Shown here in pieces: positions 48,174-56,476 of a DNA stretch of 61,241 nucleotides (position 1 is its first letter; each line of letters starts with the position of its first letter). The translations under genes were made by a program, and so were the position numbers. Location: positions 1 through 61,241 of the IMG/VR virus record IMGVR_UViG_3300028809_000014; one strand, written 5' to 3'. Under the pieces are notes generated by a model, which was not told the origin of the DNA, made no database searches, and saw only the letters and a list, made by a program, of their open reading frames with translations. The stretch comes from a virus (taxonomy: Duplodnaviria > Caudoviricetes).

Positions 48174-48498
48174 GCTTGGCTCCCTTCTGCGCGTAGGCGA
48201 TCCACGAGTAGGTCTTCCCCTGGCCGCGCCGCGCCTCGTGCATCGGCCCATATGCGACAGGCTGACCCTTCTTGTCGTGCGTGCCGTGGGAGTACCACTT
48301 CCACACGTAGATGTCGCCGTCGATGTCGTCAACGGTTTGCATGGTCATGAGCCCCGTCTTGACGCTGCGCAACAGCAGCACACCGTGAATCGGAATGCCG
48401 GCCTCACGCAGTGCGTTCATGACGTGAACGTTGTGCCCGATGTCGTTGGTGATCGTGCGCAACGCGTCTGCGTCATAACGCACTTCGATGATCTGCAT
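48148..48498 (-). CDS. Hypothetical protein
   Basis: RBS AAGGA; LREAGIP; ends DDEF. Confidence 0.6.
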   Translation of the reverse strand: MQIIEVRYDADALRTITNDIGHNVHVMNALREAGIPIHGVLLLRSVKTGLMTMQTVDDIDGDIYVWKWYSHGTHDKKGQPVAYGPMHEARRGQGKTYSWIAYAQKGAKHVAADDEF

Positions 48499-48507
48499 AG
48501 ATGGTCC

Positions 48508-48819
48508 TTAAAAATCGTTGTCGTAAGGCCCTTCGAGACGCCACACGCGCACACCGGGGCTCTCGTGTGAAGGGTCGTCGTAGGTATGGCGAAAGCACAC
48601 GCCCAGGCCGGCGCGCAGGAACGGCTTGCGCAGGAACTCGACATCAGCCAGTTGCGCGTCAGGCACGAAGAAGGAGTCGCGGCCAGGGATGAACCGCTTG
48701 AACTTCTCCACCAGATGCTGCACCGCAGGGTCAGGCGGCCGGCCGGTGCGCGGCTTGTAGGCCGGGTCCGTGATGAGCACGGTGTGCTCGGCCAGTAGCT
48801 TGATGTCGGACTTGCGCAT
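48508..48819 (-). CDS. Putative DNA-binding protein
   Basis: GRP hook, PG.DSFFVP...GVRVWRL; ends DNDF. Confidence 0.6.
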   Translation of the reverse strand: MRKSDIKLLAEHTVLITDPAYKPRTGRPPDPAVQHLVEKFKRFIPGRDSFFVPDAQLADVEFLRKPFLRAGLGVCFRHTYDDPSHESPGVRVWRLEGPYDNDF

Positions 48820-48820
48820 C

Positions 48821-49063
48821 TCAGACGTGGCGAAGCGTCTTGACGCGTTGCACGGCGTTCTTCGAGATCACGCCGGCCGCCTGCGCGCGGGCCAGTTCCT
48901 CGGGCGGCATCGCATGCACAGGGTATCGGCTGTGCCATGCGTTCTTCGCCATGTAGAGCAGGTCAGCGTGCACGCGCTGGGGAAACTTCTCACGAAGCTC
49001 GTTGTAGATCTTCGTGAGGCCGGGGCGACGCTCTTCAGCGTACTCAAGACGCGACTTGCTCAT
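48821..49063 (-). CDS. Hypothetical protein
   Basis: MSKSRLEY... ORF filling gap; start uncertain. Confidence 0.5.
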   Translation of the reverse strand: MSKSRLEYAEERRPGLTKIYNELREKFPQRVHADLLYMAKNAWHSRYPVHAMPPEELARAQAAGVISKNAVQRVKTLRHV

Positions 49064-49065
49064 GG

Positions 49066-49554
49066 TCAGATCGCGTTGTCCGGGTGTTCGGCCAGGAGCG
49101 CGGCCCAGGGCTTGGGCGGCCACTTGGCGGCACCATGGTTGGCGCTGGCCGACTCGGGCGTCTGGAACTGCGGACCCCAGTTGTGGCCGTCCCAGTGGCT
49201 GAAGCCGATGGTGACCATGCCGTCGAGCGCTTCGCTGTCGATCACGGCGTCGTCCTGCTCGGTCACGTAGACGCCCACGCGCGCGGGCGGCACTTCCTTC
49301 GGGTAGAAGACGGAGATCTGGAGGATCTCGCCCGTGGGCATCACGACTTCGCCGCCGATGGGCACCTCGAACATCTTGACCGTCGGCTTGGGCGTCTTCG
49401 AGATGGTCGGGTTTTCGTTGCGCAGGAAGGCGTCGGTGTCGATCACCAGGGCCTGCGTTTCGCCGACGGCAGGCGGGCTGAGTTCACCCACGGGTACGTC
49501 CTTGGGCGGAATGTGCCCTTCGATCTTCGGTTCCTTGCGGAGTTCGTTGTTCAT
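49066..49554 (-). CDS. Hypothetical protein
   Basis: P.RVGVY...GFSHWDG..W domain. Confidence 0.6.
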   Translation of the reverse strand: MNNELRKEPKIEGHIPPKDVPVGELSPPAVGETQALVIDTDAFLRNENPTISKTPKPTVKMFEVPIGGEVVMPTGEILQISVFYPKEVPPARVGVYVTEQDDAVIDSEALDGMVTIGFSHWDGHNWGPQFQTPESASANHGAAKWPPKPWAALLAEHPDNAI

Positions 49555-50547
49555 TTAAAAATCCTCGTCGTTGGTGGTGGAATCGGACTCGTCGGCCGGG
49601 CCGGCAAGTTCCGCGCTGATCGCGGTCACGAGACGACGATAGGTCGTTGCCGTGAGCCACGCGATGGAAAAGAACGCGGTGTCTTTGTCTTCACCACGCT
49701 CTTCGTTGTTGCCTTCGTTCGTCGTGCCGATGGTGCAGCCACGGAAGCACAGCTTGTCGTCGAAGCGGAAGGACATGAGCGGATCGACTTCGCCTTCCTC
49801 GATCCAGTCCATGCCAAGCTCGTGCACGTCGTAGTCGGCCTTCAGCAGGGCCTGGATCTCGTGGGCGCCGATGTCGCGGTCCTTGACGCTCACAACGCGC
49901 TTCTCGGGGCCTTTGAACTTGCCCTCGCTACGCGGATAGAACACCGCTTCGCCGTGCGTGTCGCGGGCCACGCCGTTGAGGTAGCTCACGACGCTCTTCT
50001 CGAACGACAGCGGGCTCGGCGTGAAGTCGTAGAAGGTATTGAAGAAGTTGAACACGATGTCGCAAACCGACTGCGCCTTCTTACCGGCCGCGCAGAAGAC
50101 GAACATCTGCGACTCGGGCGTGATCATCACGTAAACCATCTGTTCACGGATGAACGCCTTGGGGAGCATCTCGAACTCCACCTCGTCACGGGTTTGCGCC
50201 CATTCCTTTTTGCTGCCAGGGCGGCCGGTGAGATCTGCCAACGCGGCCATGCGCACCTTGACCTCTGCATCGCGCACCTTGGCCGGTAGGATGCGTTCGT
50301 TGATCTTGATGCCCAGCAGCACAGCGGCGCCGTTCAGGTCGAGCATGTAGCGGTCGTCGCCGTCGATCTCGGCAAAGCCCAGGCGCGAGTACGAGCCGCC
50401 CGAGGGCTCCATCGCTTCGACCTGCTGCGTTTCGATGTCGTCATTCAGGTTCAGCAGGCCGGCCATCAGATCGTTGCCGGTGAGGTGCTTGGCGCCGTCG
50501 TTGACCGTGAGGTTGTAGACGACAAAATTCTTGAAAGGGTTGCTCAT
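49555..50547 (-). CDS. rdgC: Recombination-associated protein RdgC
   Basis: FKNFVVYNL, RLGF, ERILPAKV, EV.FEMLPKAF, V.ELG..W; RBS AGGAG. Confidence 0.8.
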   Translation of the reverse strand: MSNPFKNFVVYNLTVNDGAKHLTGNDLMAGLLNLNDDIETQQVEAMEPSGGSYSRLGFAEIDGDDRYMLDLNGAAVLLGIKINERILPAKVRDAEVKVRMAALADLTGRPGSKKEWAQTRDEVEFEMLPKAFIREQMVYVMITPESQMFVFCAAGKKAQSVCDIVFNFFNTFYDFTPSPLSFEKSVVSYLNGVARDTHGEAVFYPRSEGKFKGPEKRVVSVKDRDIGAHEIQALLKADYDVHELGMDWIEEGEVDPLMSFRFDDKLCFRGCTIGTTNEGNNEERGEDKDTAFFSIAWLTATTYRRLVTAISAELAGPADESDSTTNDEDF

Positions 50548-50557
50548 GGTTTACTCC

Positions 50558-51100
50558 TTAGATCTTGATGACCTCGAACGCAGATACGGGGGTGCCATCC
50601 TCCCAGCAAAGCCCAGGGATGGGTCGCAGTTCGTCCAGTGAGTGCCCGTGCAGGATGCCGCTATTCACTACGAGAACCTTACGCATCACCTGATTGAGCG
50701 GTGTGCTTTGGGCGGTCACGCGTTGCAGCGTGCGAATGAAGAACTCGTCGTCCGTTTGGCTGAAGCCGATGATCTTGGCGTCGGTGCTCATGTCGATGTC
50801 ATTCAAACCGAACACGACAGCACGGTCGATGATTGCCACGCGGGTACGTTCCACAGAAGGCCTCCAGAAGTCAGTAGGGTTGAAGCCGCCCCACTGGCAC
50901 AAAGCCAAGAAGTTCGGCACGTCGGGTGCAGTCTTGTTGTTGCGGATGCGGCTCAACGTCGCAGGCAGCACGCCAGTGACCGTCGAGACCTCACGCATGT
51001 TCATGTCGCGCTCGTGCGCCTTGTTGTTGAGTGCCAGCCAGAAGGCAACGCCGTCAAACGCGCCCTTGGTCATCTCGCGGTCGCTGGGTGCTCCTGGCAT
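50558..51100 (-). CDS. XRE-family HTH protein
   Basis: MNMREVSTVTGVLPATLSRIRN...PD...FLALC.W. Confidence 0.7.
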   Translation of the reverse strand: MPGAPSDREMTKGAFDGVAFWLALNNKAHERDMNMREVSTVTGVLPATLSRIRNNKTAPDVPNFLALCQWGGFNPTDFWRPSVERTRVAIIDRAVVFGLNDIDMSTDAKIIGFSQTDDEFFIRTLQRVTAQSTPLNQVMRKVLVVNSGILHGHSLDELRPIPGLCWEDGTPVSAFEVIKI

Positions 51101-51387
51101 TACCAGCCTCGGCGAAGAGTGATCTCACCAGCGCGCGCTTTGTTGGCGAGCTTGGTGCCTGCGGGCCAGCCGGCGCGCGGCATCTTGTGGTGGCGTTCGA
51201 TGCGATAGCCGCTCTTCGTGCGCTGACGGCGCGCAGGTCGGCCGCTGTCGGCGTAGTCCTCGTTCGACACGAAGAAACGACGGTCACCGGCCGCCGTTAG
51301 CGTGTCGATCAGTTGGCCGGTCTTTTCAGCGGCCATCGTTGCAGCAGCGCTGAATGCGGCCATGGCGGCCGAGGTAATGAGCTTCAC
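51100..51387 (-). CDS. Small basic hypothetical protein
   Basis: Coupled ORF; PAGTKL motif. Confidence 0.55.
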   Translation of the reverse strand: MKLITSAAMAAFSAAATMAAEKTGQLIDTLTAAGDRRFFVSNEDYADSGRPARRQRTKSGYRIERHHKMPRAGWPAGTKLANKARAGEITLRRGW

Positions 51388-51605
51388 TTGGTTCCTTCCG
51401 AGAGTTTGTCGATGATGCGTTCGGCCGTGTTCAGGTCGAGGATCGCAGCTTCGATCTTCTTGACCGCTGCATTGGCGGCCATGCGTGCGCTGACGGCCTG
51501 GGAGAAGTTGGTCTTGGTCTCCAGTTGCTTGGTGCGCAGGTTGACGTTCTCCCGCGCGAGGTGGGCCGCGTCACGGATGACAGCGATGTTGATGGCAGTG
51601 GTCAT
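51384..51605 (-). CDS. Small coiled-coil hypothetical protein
   Basis: Coupled ORF. Confidence 0.5.
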   Translation of the reverse strand: MTTAINIAVIRDAAHLARENVNLRTKQLETKTNFSQAVSARMAANAAVKKIEAAILDLNTAERIIDKLSEGTK

Positions 51606-51635
51606 GATGATCCGATGGTTGAAGGGATGACGAGT

Positions 51636-52184
51636 TTAATCGTCCTTGCCGATCACGGAGCGCACGTCCGAGGGCGGCGTCACGCGAGCGAAAAAGCGGT
51701 CGTTCGCGAGCACCTTGATCCGTGCGCGCAGCAGGTCCAACTCGGCATCGCTCATCAGCGCGGTCAATGCTTCGATACGCTCGAACGCGGCCATACCGGC
51801 CGTCTCGTCCATTGCTGCGTCGGTCACAGAGGCCTTGCACGTGCCCTGCTGTCGCTCGATCTTGTCCAGAATATCCAGGGCATGAGCAACCGTCGATGTG
51901 GTCTCGAAGTCCGACGTAGGCTCGGCCGCGCGACGCGCTTCCGCGTGGCCCAGGCTCTTAGTGTGATTGAAAGCCAGGAGTTGCAGCGTGAGTTGCCGCG
52001 TCATGGCGTTGATCTGGTCCGTGGTCATCTCCAAGAAGAGATCGCCGACCACTTCACCGTCGCTCTCGTTCTCGGTCAACTGGCGGTGCGTGGTCTGCAC
52101 CTGTTCGGAGAAAGCCTGGATCTTGGCAACGAGTGCGGCGCGGCCCTCGTGTTGCTTGACTGGGGTGTAGGTGTAAGTTGCCAT
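51636..52184 (-). CDS. Hypothetical protein
   Basis: Packed operon; helical. Confidence 0.55.
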   Translation of the reverse strand: MATYTYTPVKQHEGRAALVAKIQAFSEQVQTTHRQLTENESDGEVVGDLFLEMTTDQINAMTRQLTLQLLAFNHTKSLGHAEARRAAEPTSDFETTSTVAHALDILDKIERQQGTCKASVTDAAMDETAGMAAFERIEALTALMSDAELDLLRARIKVLANDRFFARVTPPSDVRSVIGKDD

Positions 52185-52186
52185 GG

Positions 52187-52513
52187 TTAGAACTCTTTCT
52201 TAGGGAAGGGACGGTGGTTGTTGGGAACGACTTTAAGGCGATAGACGTAGACCCAGGCGGGAAAGCCCATGCCTCGCATCTGCGTCAGACCACTCGCGTG
52301 ACGGGTCAACGTGCCACGCGAGTACATCTCGCCGAGATCACGACCGAGTTGCGGAATCTTGTTCGCGCCGAACGGCATGATGAAGACCTGCTTAGGCTTG
52401 CACGCTCGCTCGTATGCATCAACGAACCCTCGGTCGAGAACATCGACGCTTGCTGTAAGCGTGTTGGTGTCGATGTACTTCTCGATCCAGGCGAAACGGT
52501 CGAGGGGCTTCAC
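52187..52513 (-). CDS. Hypothetical protein, possible winged helix
   Basis: VDVLD..FVDAY, G.LTR...W..VYRL. Confidence 0.58.
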   Translation of the reverse strand: MKPLDRFAWIEKYIDTNTLTASVDVLDRGFVDAYERACKPKQVFIMPFGANKIPQLGRDLGEMYSRGTLTRHASGLTQMRGMGFPAWVYVYRLKVVPNNHRPFPKKEF

Positions 52514-52767
52514 GGCTGATCGCCTTCCTGGGGCACGGTGCCTTGCGCCGGGGCGTTGGCACGAAGCTCCTGCTTCAGGCGGCGTACCTTACGTTCCATT
52601 GCGTTGATGTGCTTGCGCAGAGCGGTGCGGGTGTCGTTGTAATCGGTCTCGGCGACGTTCACTGCGTTACCGACGCCCCACTCTTGCAACAAACCGTGGT
52701 GCCGTGCCGCTTCGTCGAACTCGGTGAACAGTCGCTCGCTGGTTGGCGTGAGGGTGAGGGGCTTCAT
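52510..52767 (-). CDS. Hypothetical protein
   Basis: Coupled ORF. Confidence 0.55.
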   Translation of the reverse strand: MKPLTLTPTSERLFTEFDEAARHHGLLQEWGVGNAVNVAETDYNDTRTALRKHINAMERKVRRLKQELRANAPAQGTVPQEGDQP

Positions 52768-53042
52768 AGCTTGATCTCGGGGAAGAGACGCACGAGGTCA
52801 TCGGCGTGCGGCGAACGCATCGGGTGAGCGCCATAGCGCAACGAGCGAACGGCCGACGCGATAGCTTCGCCCTGTTCGCTCGTCAACCCTGCGGCGGTAG
52901 GCACAGCCAAACGAGTCAGTAGTTCGTCGGCCGCGATGGTCGATTGGTGCGCAGCAAACTCGATGTTGTTCTTGGTTGCCTTATGACCGACGAGCATTGC
53001 GGCCATCAGTTGGGTTGCGATCTCGGCGCGTTGGTTGGTCAT
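52764..53042 (-). CDS. Hypothetical protein
   Basis: RBS AAGGA and ATG 53042; IA...MAAML...AADELL..L. Confidence 0.55.
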   Translation of the reverse strand: MTNQRAEIATQLMAAMLVGHKATKNNIEFAAHQSTIAADELLTRLAVPTAAGLTSEQGEAIASAVRSLRYGAHPMRSPHADDLVRLFPEIKL

Positions 53043-53053
53043 GCTTGTTCCTT

Positions 53054-53725
53054 TCAAAGATAGACGAACGTCGTCTTGGGGTGGGAGATCACCGTGCAGG
53101 CGATCCCTTTGTTGTCGATGTAGTGGCGCTTGACCTTGCACGACACCGTGGCCTTCTGGCCCTTTTTGATGAAGTCGGCGCGGCCCTTGTAGCGAAACTG
53201 GTTGCCACTGTCGTCGGCCATGATGAACCAGTAGGAGATCCCGCTGTCATAGTGACTGAACGAGTAGCCTTGCACCTCCATGATGTGCTCGCAGGTCAGG
53301 TCGAGCGACAGTTTGTCGCCTTCCTGGCCGACGTAAGCACTGGCCGCACGTTGCTTGTCGATCTTCTCTTGGTTGGCCTGCTTGAACTCGGCGATCCGGT
53401 TCTGCCGTGCGGCCATAGACTCGAAGCACGCCTCGACCTGCTTGGCGCTCAGCTTGCCGTACTTGTCAAACGACTCCACCATCTTCTGCACGAACGCTGG
53501 CAGCTTGTGCACGAACGCTGGCAGCTTGTGCATCGGGTGGCTCATGCGGTAGGCGCCCTCATCTTCACCCGTGTTCTCCAGCGGATAGCCATTGCCCGTC
53601 AGCACCTCGTTCAAGAACTGCTGCTTCGCCGAGGTACGGCAAAACGTCTTGCGTGCATTCCAGATGATCGCGCGCTTGGTCGCGTTCTCGTAGGCCTGCT
53701 CGTTCTCGATGTAGTGACTGGTCAT
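53054..53725 (-). CDS. Protein with C-terminal OB-fold-like domain
   Basis: YGKLSAKQ, YVGQ.GDK, D.SGN...YKG, KG.......VKRH; first gene after a promoter. Confidence 0.62.
   Translation of the reverse strand: MTSHYIENEQAYENATKRAIIWNARKTFCRTSAKQQFLNEVLTGNGYPLENTGEDEGAYRMSHPMHKLPAFVHKLPAFVQKMVESFDKYGKLSAKQVEACFESMAARQNRIAEFKQANQEKIDKQRAASAYVGQEGDKLSLDLTCEHIMEVQGYSFSHYDSGISYWFIMADDSGNQFRYKGRADFIKKGQKATVSCKVKRHYIDNKGIACTVISHPKTTFVYL
53487..53532. repeat. 21-bp perfect tandem duplication (HKLPAFV x2)
   Basis: TGCACGAACGCTGGCAGCTTG twice plus TGCA. Confidence 0.9.
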
Positions 53726-53804
53726 GGTTGGCGTATAGGGTGGTAAGCGTTTCTGAAGGGTGCCTCGTCCTGGGCGCGAGATCTTTTGCGTTGACGTTTA
53801 TCGA

Positions 53805-53833
53805 ATGCTAGTGATGTAGTTCAACCTTGTCAA
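53805..53833 (-). promoter_or_regulatory. Sigma70 promoter for leftward arm
   Basis: TTGACA-N17-TAGCAT on the minus strand. Confidence 0.7.
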
Positions 53834-53840
53834 CAGAATT

Positions 53841-54236
53841 TCAGGTCGGGTCAATAGTGTCGTCGAGCGAGATGCACGTGACGATCACCAGCACGTAGAT
53901 CAGGCCGGCCAGGGTCTGCACGTCGGTCACCTCGACCGTGTAGCGGTTGCCCGTGCGGTTGCTGGCGCGCTGCACGAGTGGATTGGTGTTGTTGCGCAGC
54001 TTCACCCGCAGGGCAGGCAGGGTGTCCGGCAGATCCACGAGCCGCAGCCCGGGGTCAACCGCCTCGACGCGGGCGGCCGACTGGCCCAGGCCCAGGCGTT
54101 CGATCTGGCCGGTGAAGCCGTTGTTCTCGCGGACCTGGGTGGGCGCGGCACGTTGCACGTCGTCGTCCTTGTGGGTCATGGCGTCGGCGAGCAGAAGGGC
54201 TTTCTCGGTACGGCTGGCCTTGGTGGAAGTAAGCAT
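53841..54236 (-). CDS. Hypothetical protein
   Basis: RBS GGAG and ATG 54236, downstream of a promoter; upstream part of the long ORF is probably non-coding. Confidence 0.62.
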   Translation of the reverse strand: MLTSTKASRTEKALLLADAMTHKDDDVQRAAPTQVRENNGFTGQIERLGLGQSAARVEAVDPGLRLVDLPDTLPALRVKLRNNTNPLVQRASNRTGNRYTVEVTDVQTLAGLIYVLVIVTCISLDDTIDPT

Positions 54237-54269
54237 GAAGTAACTCCAGGGTTGGTTGATGAAGGCTCG

Positions 54270-54299
54270 ATCATAACTGTCTATCAAATGCAGTGTCAA
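54270..54299 (-). promoter_or_regulatory. Sigma70 promoter (leftward)
   Basis: TTGACA-N18-TATGAT. Confidence 0.7.
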
Positions 54300-54719
54300 T
54301 GTTTTTCCCGAACTCCTTTGCAAAAGTGTTTGCCGAATGACCGCCGAACGGTTTGGCTGATCGACTTGCAAAAATCTTGAGCAAAATTCCGCCGAAGTAA
54401 GCGGCCGAACTCGACAGCCGAACGAGTTGCCGGAAGGCGCCGCCAAACCGCCGACCGAAGTCAAACGCTTTTGGCCGTTTGTTCTGAAAAATGCAGAGGG
54501 AAAAACAGACAAAGTAAGCGGTGAGGGCCTGGTCCTTTCACGGTTGGATTCGTTCTAGGTGTCACCGTTCCACGTATACGCGTAGGCGTGCACGAGATTT
54601 TGCCGGATGCTCCCAAAACCATAGCACGATCGCTAGGCGTGGCGCGGTGGGCCAGCGGTTTTGGTAGGTGCTGCGCGACGCATGGCCATCGCGGCGCCCG
54701 GGGTCTAGGTGAAAACCCC

Positions 54720-54749
54720 TTGACACTCTCGGGAAGTGACCGTGAGAAT
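54720..54749 (+). promoter_or_regulatory. Sigma70 promoter (rightward)
   Basis: TTGACA-N18-GAGAAT. Confidence 0.68.
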
Positions 54750-54782
54750 CGAGGTTCGATCAATTCACCCTGAGGTTTTGCT

Positions 54783-54944
54783 ATGGCATCCCGTACCCCC
54801 ACCACGAACCAATTGCGCAAGCGCGCAGCATGGGAACAGATCGCCGGCTTTGTGCCGGTCGAATGGAAAGACAGCCGCACGGCCCGCCCGCGTGTCGCCC
54901 CTTCCCGCAATGACCGCAGCCGCACGCAAGGGGCGCAAGCATGA
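54783..54944 (+). CDS. Small basic hypothetical protein (53 aa, not in ORF track)
   Basis: RBS GAGG and ATG; stop overlaps next ATG. Confidence 0.5.
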   Translation: MASRTPTTNQLRKRAAWEQIAGFVPVEWKDSRTARPRVAPSRNDRSRTQGAQA

Positions 54945-55153
54945 GCCGCGAACGTAGCGAAGCCTGGGCCAATGAGGCCATGCGCGTGAAGTCGGCCAGT
55001 GTGCCTCGCACCTGGGCGCCCAGGGCCCGCAAGTCGGAGCCCGTATGGCTTATCTCGGGCCTCGTGGTCATCGGCGTTATCAGTACCTGCGCCCTGGTTG
55101 GGTACATCCTGGCCGGTGGCGGGCGTTCTATCCTTTCCGCACTGGGGGTTTGA
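54941..55153 (+). CDS. Small membrane protein
   Basis: One long hydrophobic segment. Confidence 0.55.
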   Translation: MSRERSEAWANEAMRVKSASVPRTWAPRARKSEPVWLISGLVVIGVISTCALVGYILAGGGRSILSALGV

Positions 55154-55155
55154 CC

Positions 55156-55407
55156 ATGGCAAAGACGAATCACATGAGTGCCCGCGCGACCCCTGAAGGT
55201 CGCGACCTTTTGCTGTATCAGTCACTGTATCGGCGTGCGCGACAGGCATCCGAAGCGCTCAAGCGGCTGTACCTGAAGCGCGACCGTCCGAGCATCGACA
55301 AGGATGCACTTTGGGAGGGTCACTACGCTTGCCGACTTGAGGCCGAAAGGTTCGTCTCCCTGGCATTGGAGACCGGGCGGATTTTGACCGTCTTTTACGA
55401 CGACTAG
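55156..55407 (+). CDS. Hypothetical protein
   Basis: RBS GGGGG and ATG 55156. Confidence 0.55.
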   Translation: MAKTNHMSARATPEGRDLLLYQSLYRRARQASEALKRLYLKRDRPSIDKDALWEGHYACRLEAERFVSLALETGRILTVFYDD

Positions 55408-55417
55408 GGTAAACCCC

Positions 55418-55447
55418 TTGACACTGCCTCGCAGTGACATCGATAAT
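55418..55447 (+). promoter_or_regulatory. Sigma70 promoter (rightward)
   Basis: TTGACA-N18-GATAAT. Confidence 0.72.
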
Positions 55448-55482
55448 CCCCATACCGATTAATTACTTCACGAGGTTTCCCG

Positions 55483-56304
55483 ATGGCTTCTATCTCTCTT
55501 GGCTCCATGAAGCGCGAACTGTGCGGCGGCCAGTTCGTCATGACCCTTGCCATCGACGGCAAGGCTTTCTTTTCGTTCATCGGTTGGATGAACAATACCC
55601 GCCCGGACATGATCAGCCTCAACACCTACGGGTCGGCAGACATGTTGGAACTCGCTAAGGGTCTCGCCGGCCTGAAGATGAACCGCAGCTATCGCATTTC
55701 CCGCTTCCTGCCTACCGCGATTGAGGGCGACTTTCGCCGTCAACAGGCCACCGCCCGCGCCATGATCACGCAGCCCGTCGAAACGAAAGAAAGCTATCTT
55801 TTGAATTTGCAAGACTTCAGCGAATATCATGCCCGTCGTGCTATGGGCAACCGCAATTGCGCCATGGAGCTAATCAGCAGTGGCCGTGAAGGCTGGCACG
55901 TCGAAAAGGATATCGCTGATTACCGTGCGGTCGCGCTTAAAGAACAAATGCGCGCGGCTGACGCGTTCATGAAAATCGCAGGTGTTCGCGGCCTGTTTGA
56001 TACCCCGGGCATGGATGACGCGCACGCCGTCGAATGCGAACCCTCGCGTATCGACCCTGCGCCCGTAGCGACCCTCTTTTCTGTTCGTCGCTGCGACACA
56101 TGCGGCGCGATGCTTGACGGCACCGAAGGCGCACATGTGTGCATCGACACGTATAAGGCGAGCTACCGCGAAAAGGCGTTCAATGCTTACGGCCGTTATG
56201 CGATCTATTGCGCCCGTGCCAGCGTCACGCCCTATGCGTTCCCCGAGTGGTTCGCTGACTGCTACATGGGCCACGAATCCGACCCCGCCGCTAACTGGAA
56301 TTGA
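55483..56304 (+). CDS. Hypothetical protein with CxxC...HxC
   Basis: RBS GAGG; first gene after promoter. Confidence 0.62.
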   Translation: MASISLGSMKRELCGGQFVMTLAIDGKAFFSFIGWMNNTRPDMISLNTYGSADMLELAKGLAGLKMNRSYRISRFLPTAIEGDFRRQQATARAMITQPVETKESYLLNLQDFSEYHARRAMGNRNCAMELISSGREGWHVEKDIADYRAVALKEQMRAADAFMKIAGVRGLFDTPGMDDAHAVECEPSRIDPAPVATLFSVRRCDTCGAMLDGTEGAHVCIDTYKASYREKAFNAYGRYAIYCARASVTPYAFPEWFADCYMGHESDPAANWN

Positions 56305-56314
56305 AGGAAACACT

Positions 56315-56461
56315 ATGCGCCACATTCAAGCCATCATCCGCGCCGCAGCGCACGCCCTTGCCGTTGCACGTGGCCGCTTGGGCCGCCGTGCTGCCCTGCG
56401 TCACATTGATGCAGTGCTCATGCGCGAAGCCCGCGCGCAAGTCATCGCCCGTCTGTTCTAA
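56315..56461 (+). CDS. Small basic hypothetical protein
   Basis: RBS AAGGA and ATG 56315. Confidence 0.5.
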   Translation: MRHIQAIIRAAAHALAVARGRLGRRAALRHIDAVLMREARAQVIARLF

Positions 56462-56476
56462 CTCCGAGGTATCACC

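Noticed and set aside
50558-51100. XRE protein as a lysogeny repressor
   Set aside because: No integrase, partition genes or S24 peptidase domain recognised, and it lies mid-operon; lifestyle cannot be settled from this.
54237-54512. N-terminal 92 codons of the 53841-54512 ORF
   Set aside because: Overlaps a promoter and repeat region; a good RBS lies before ATG 54236.
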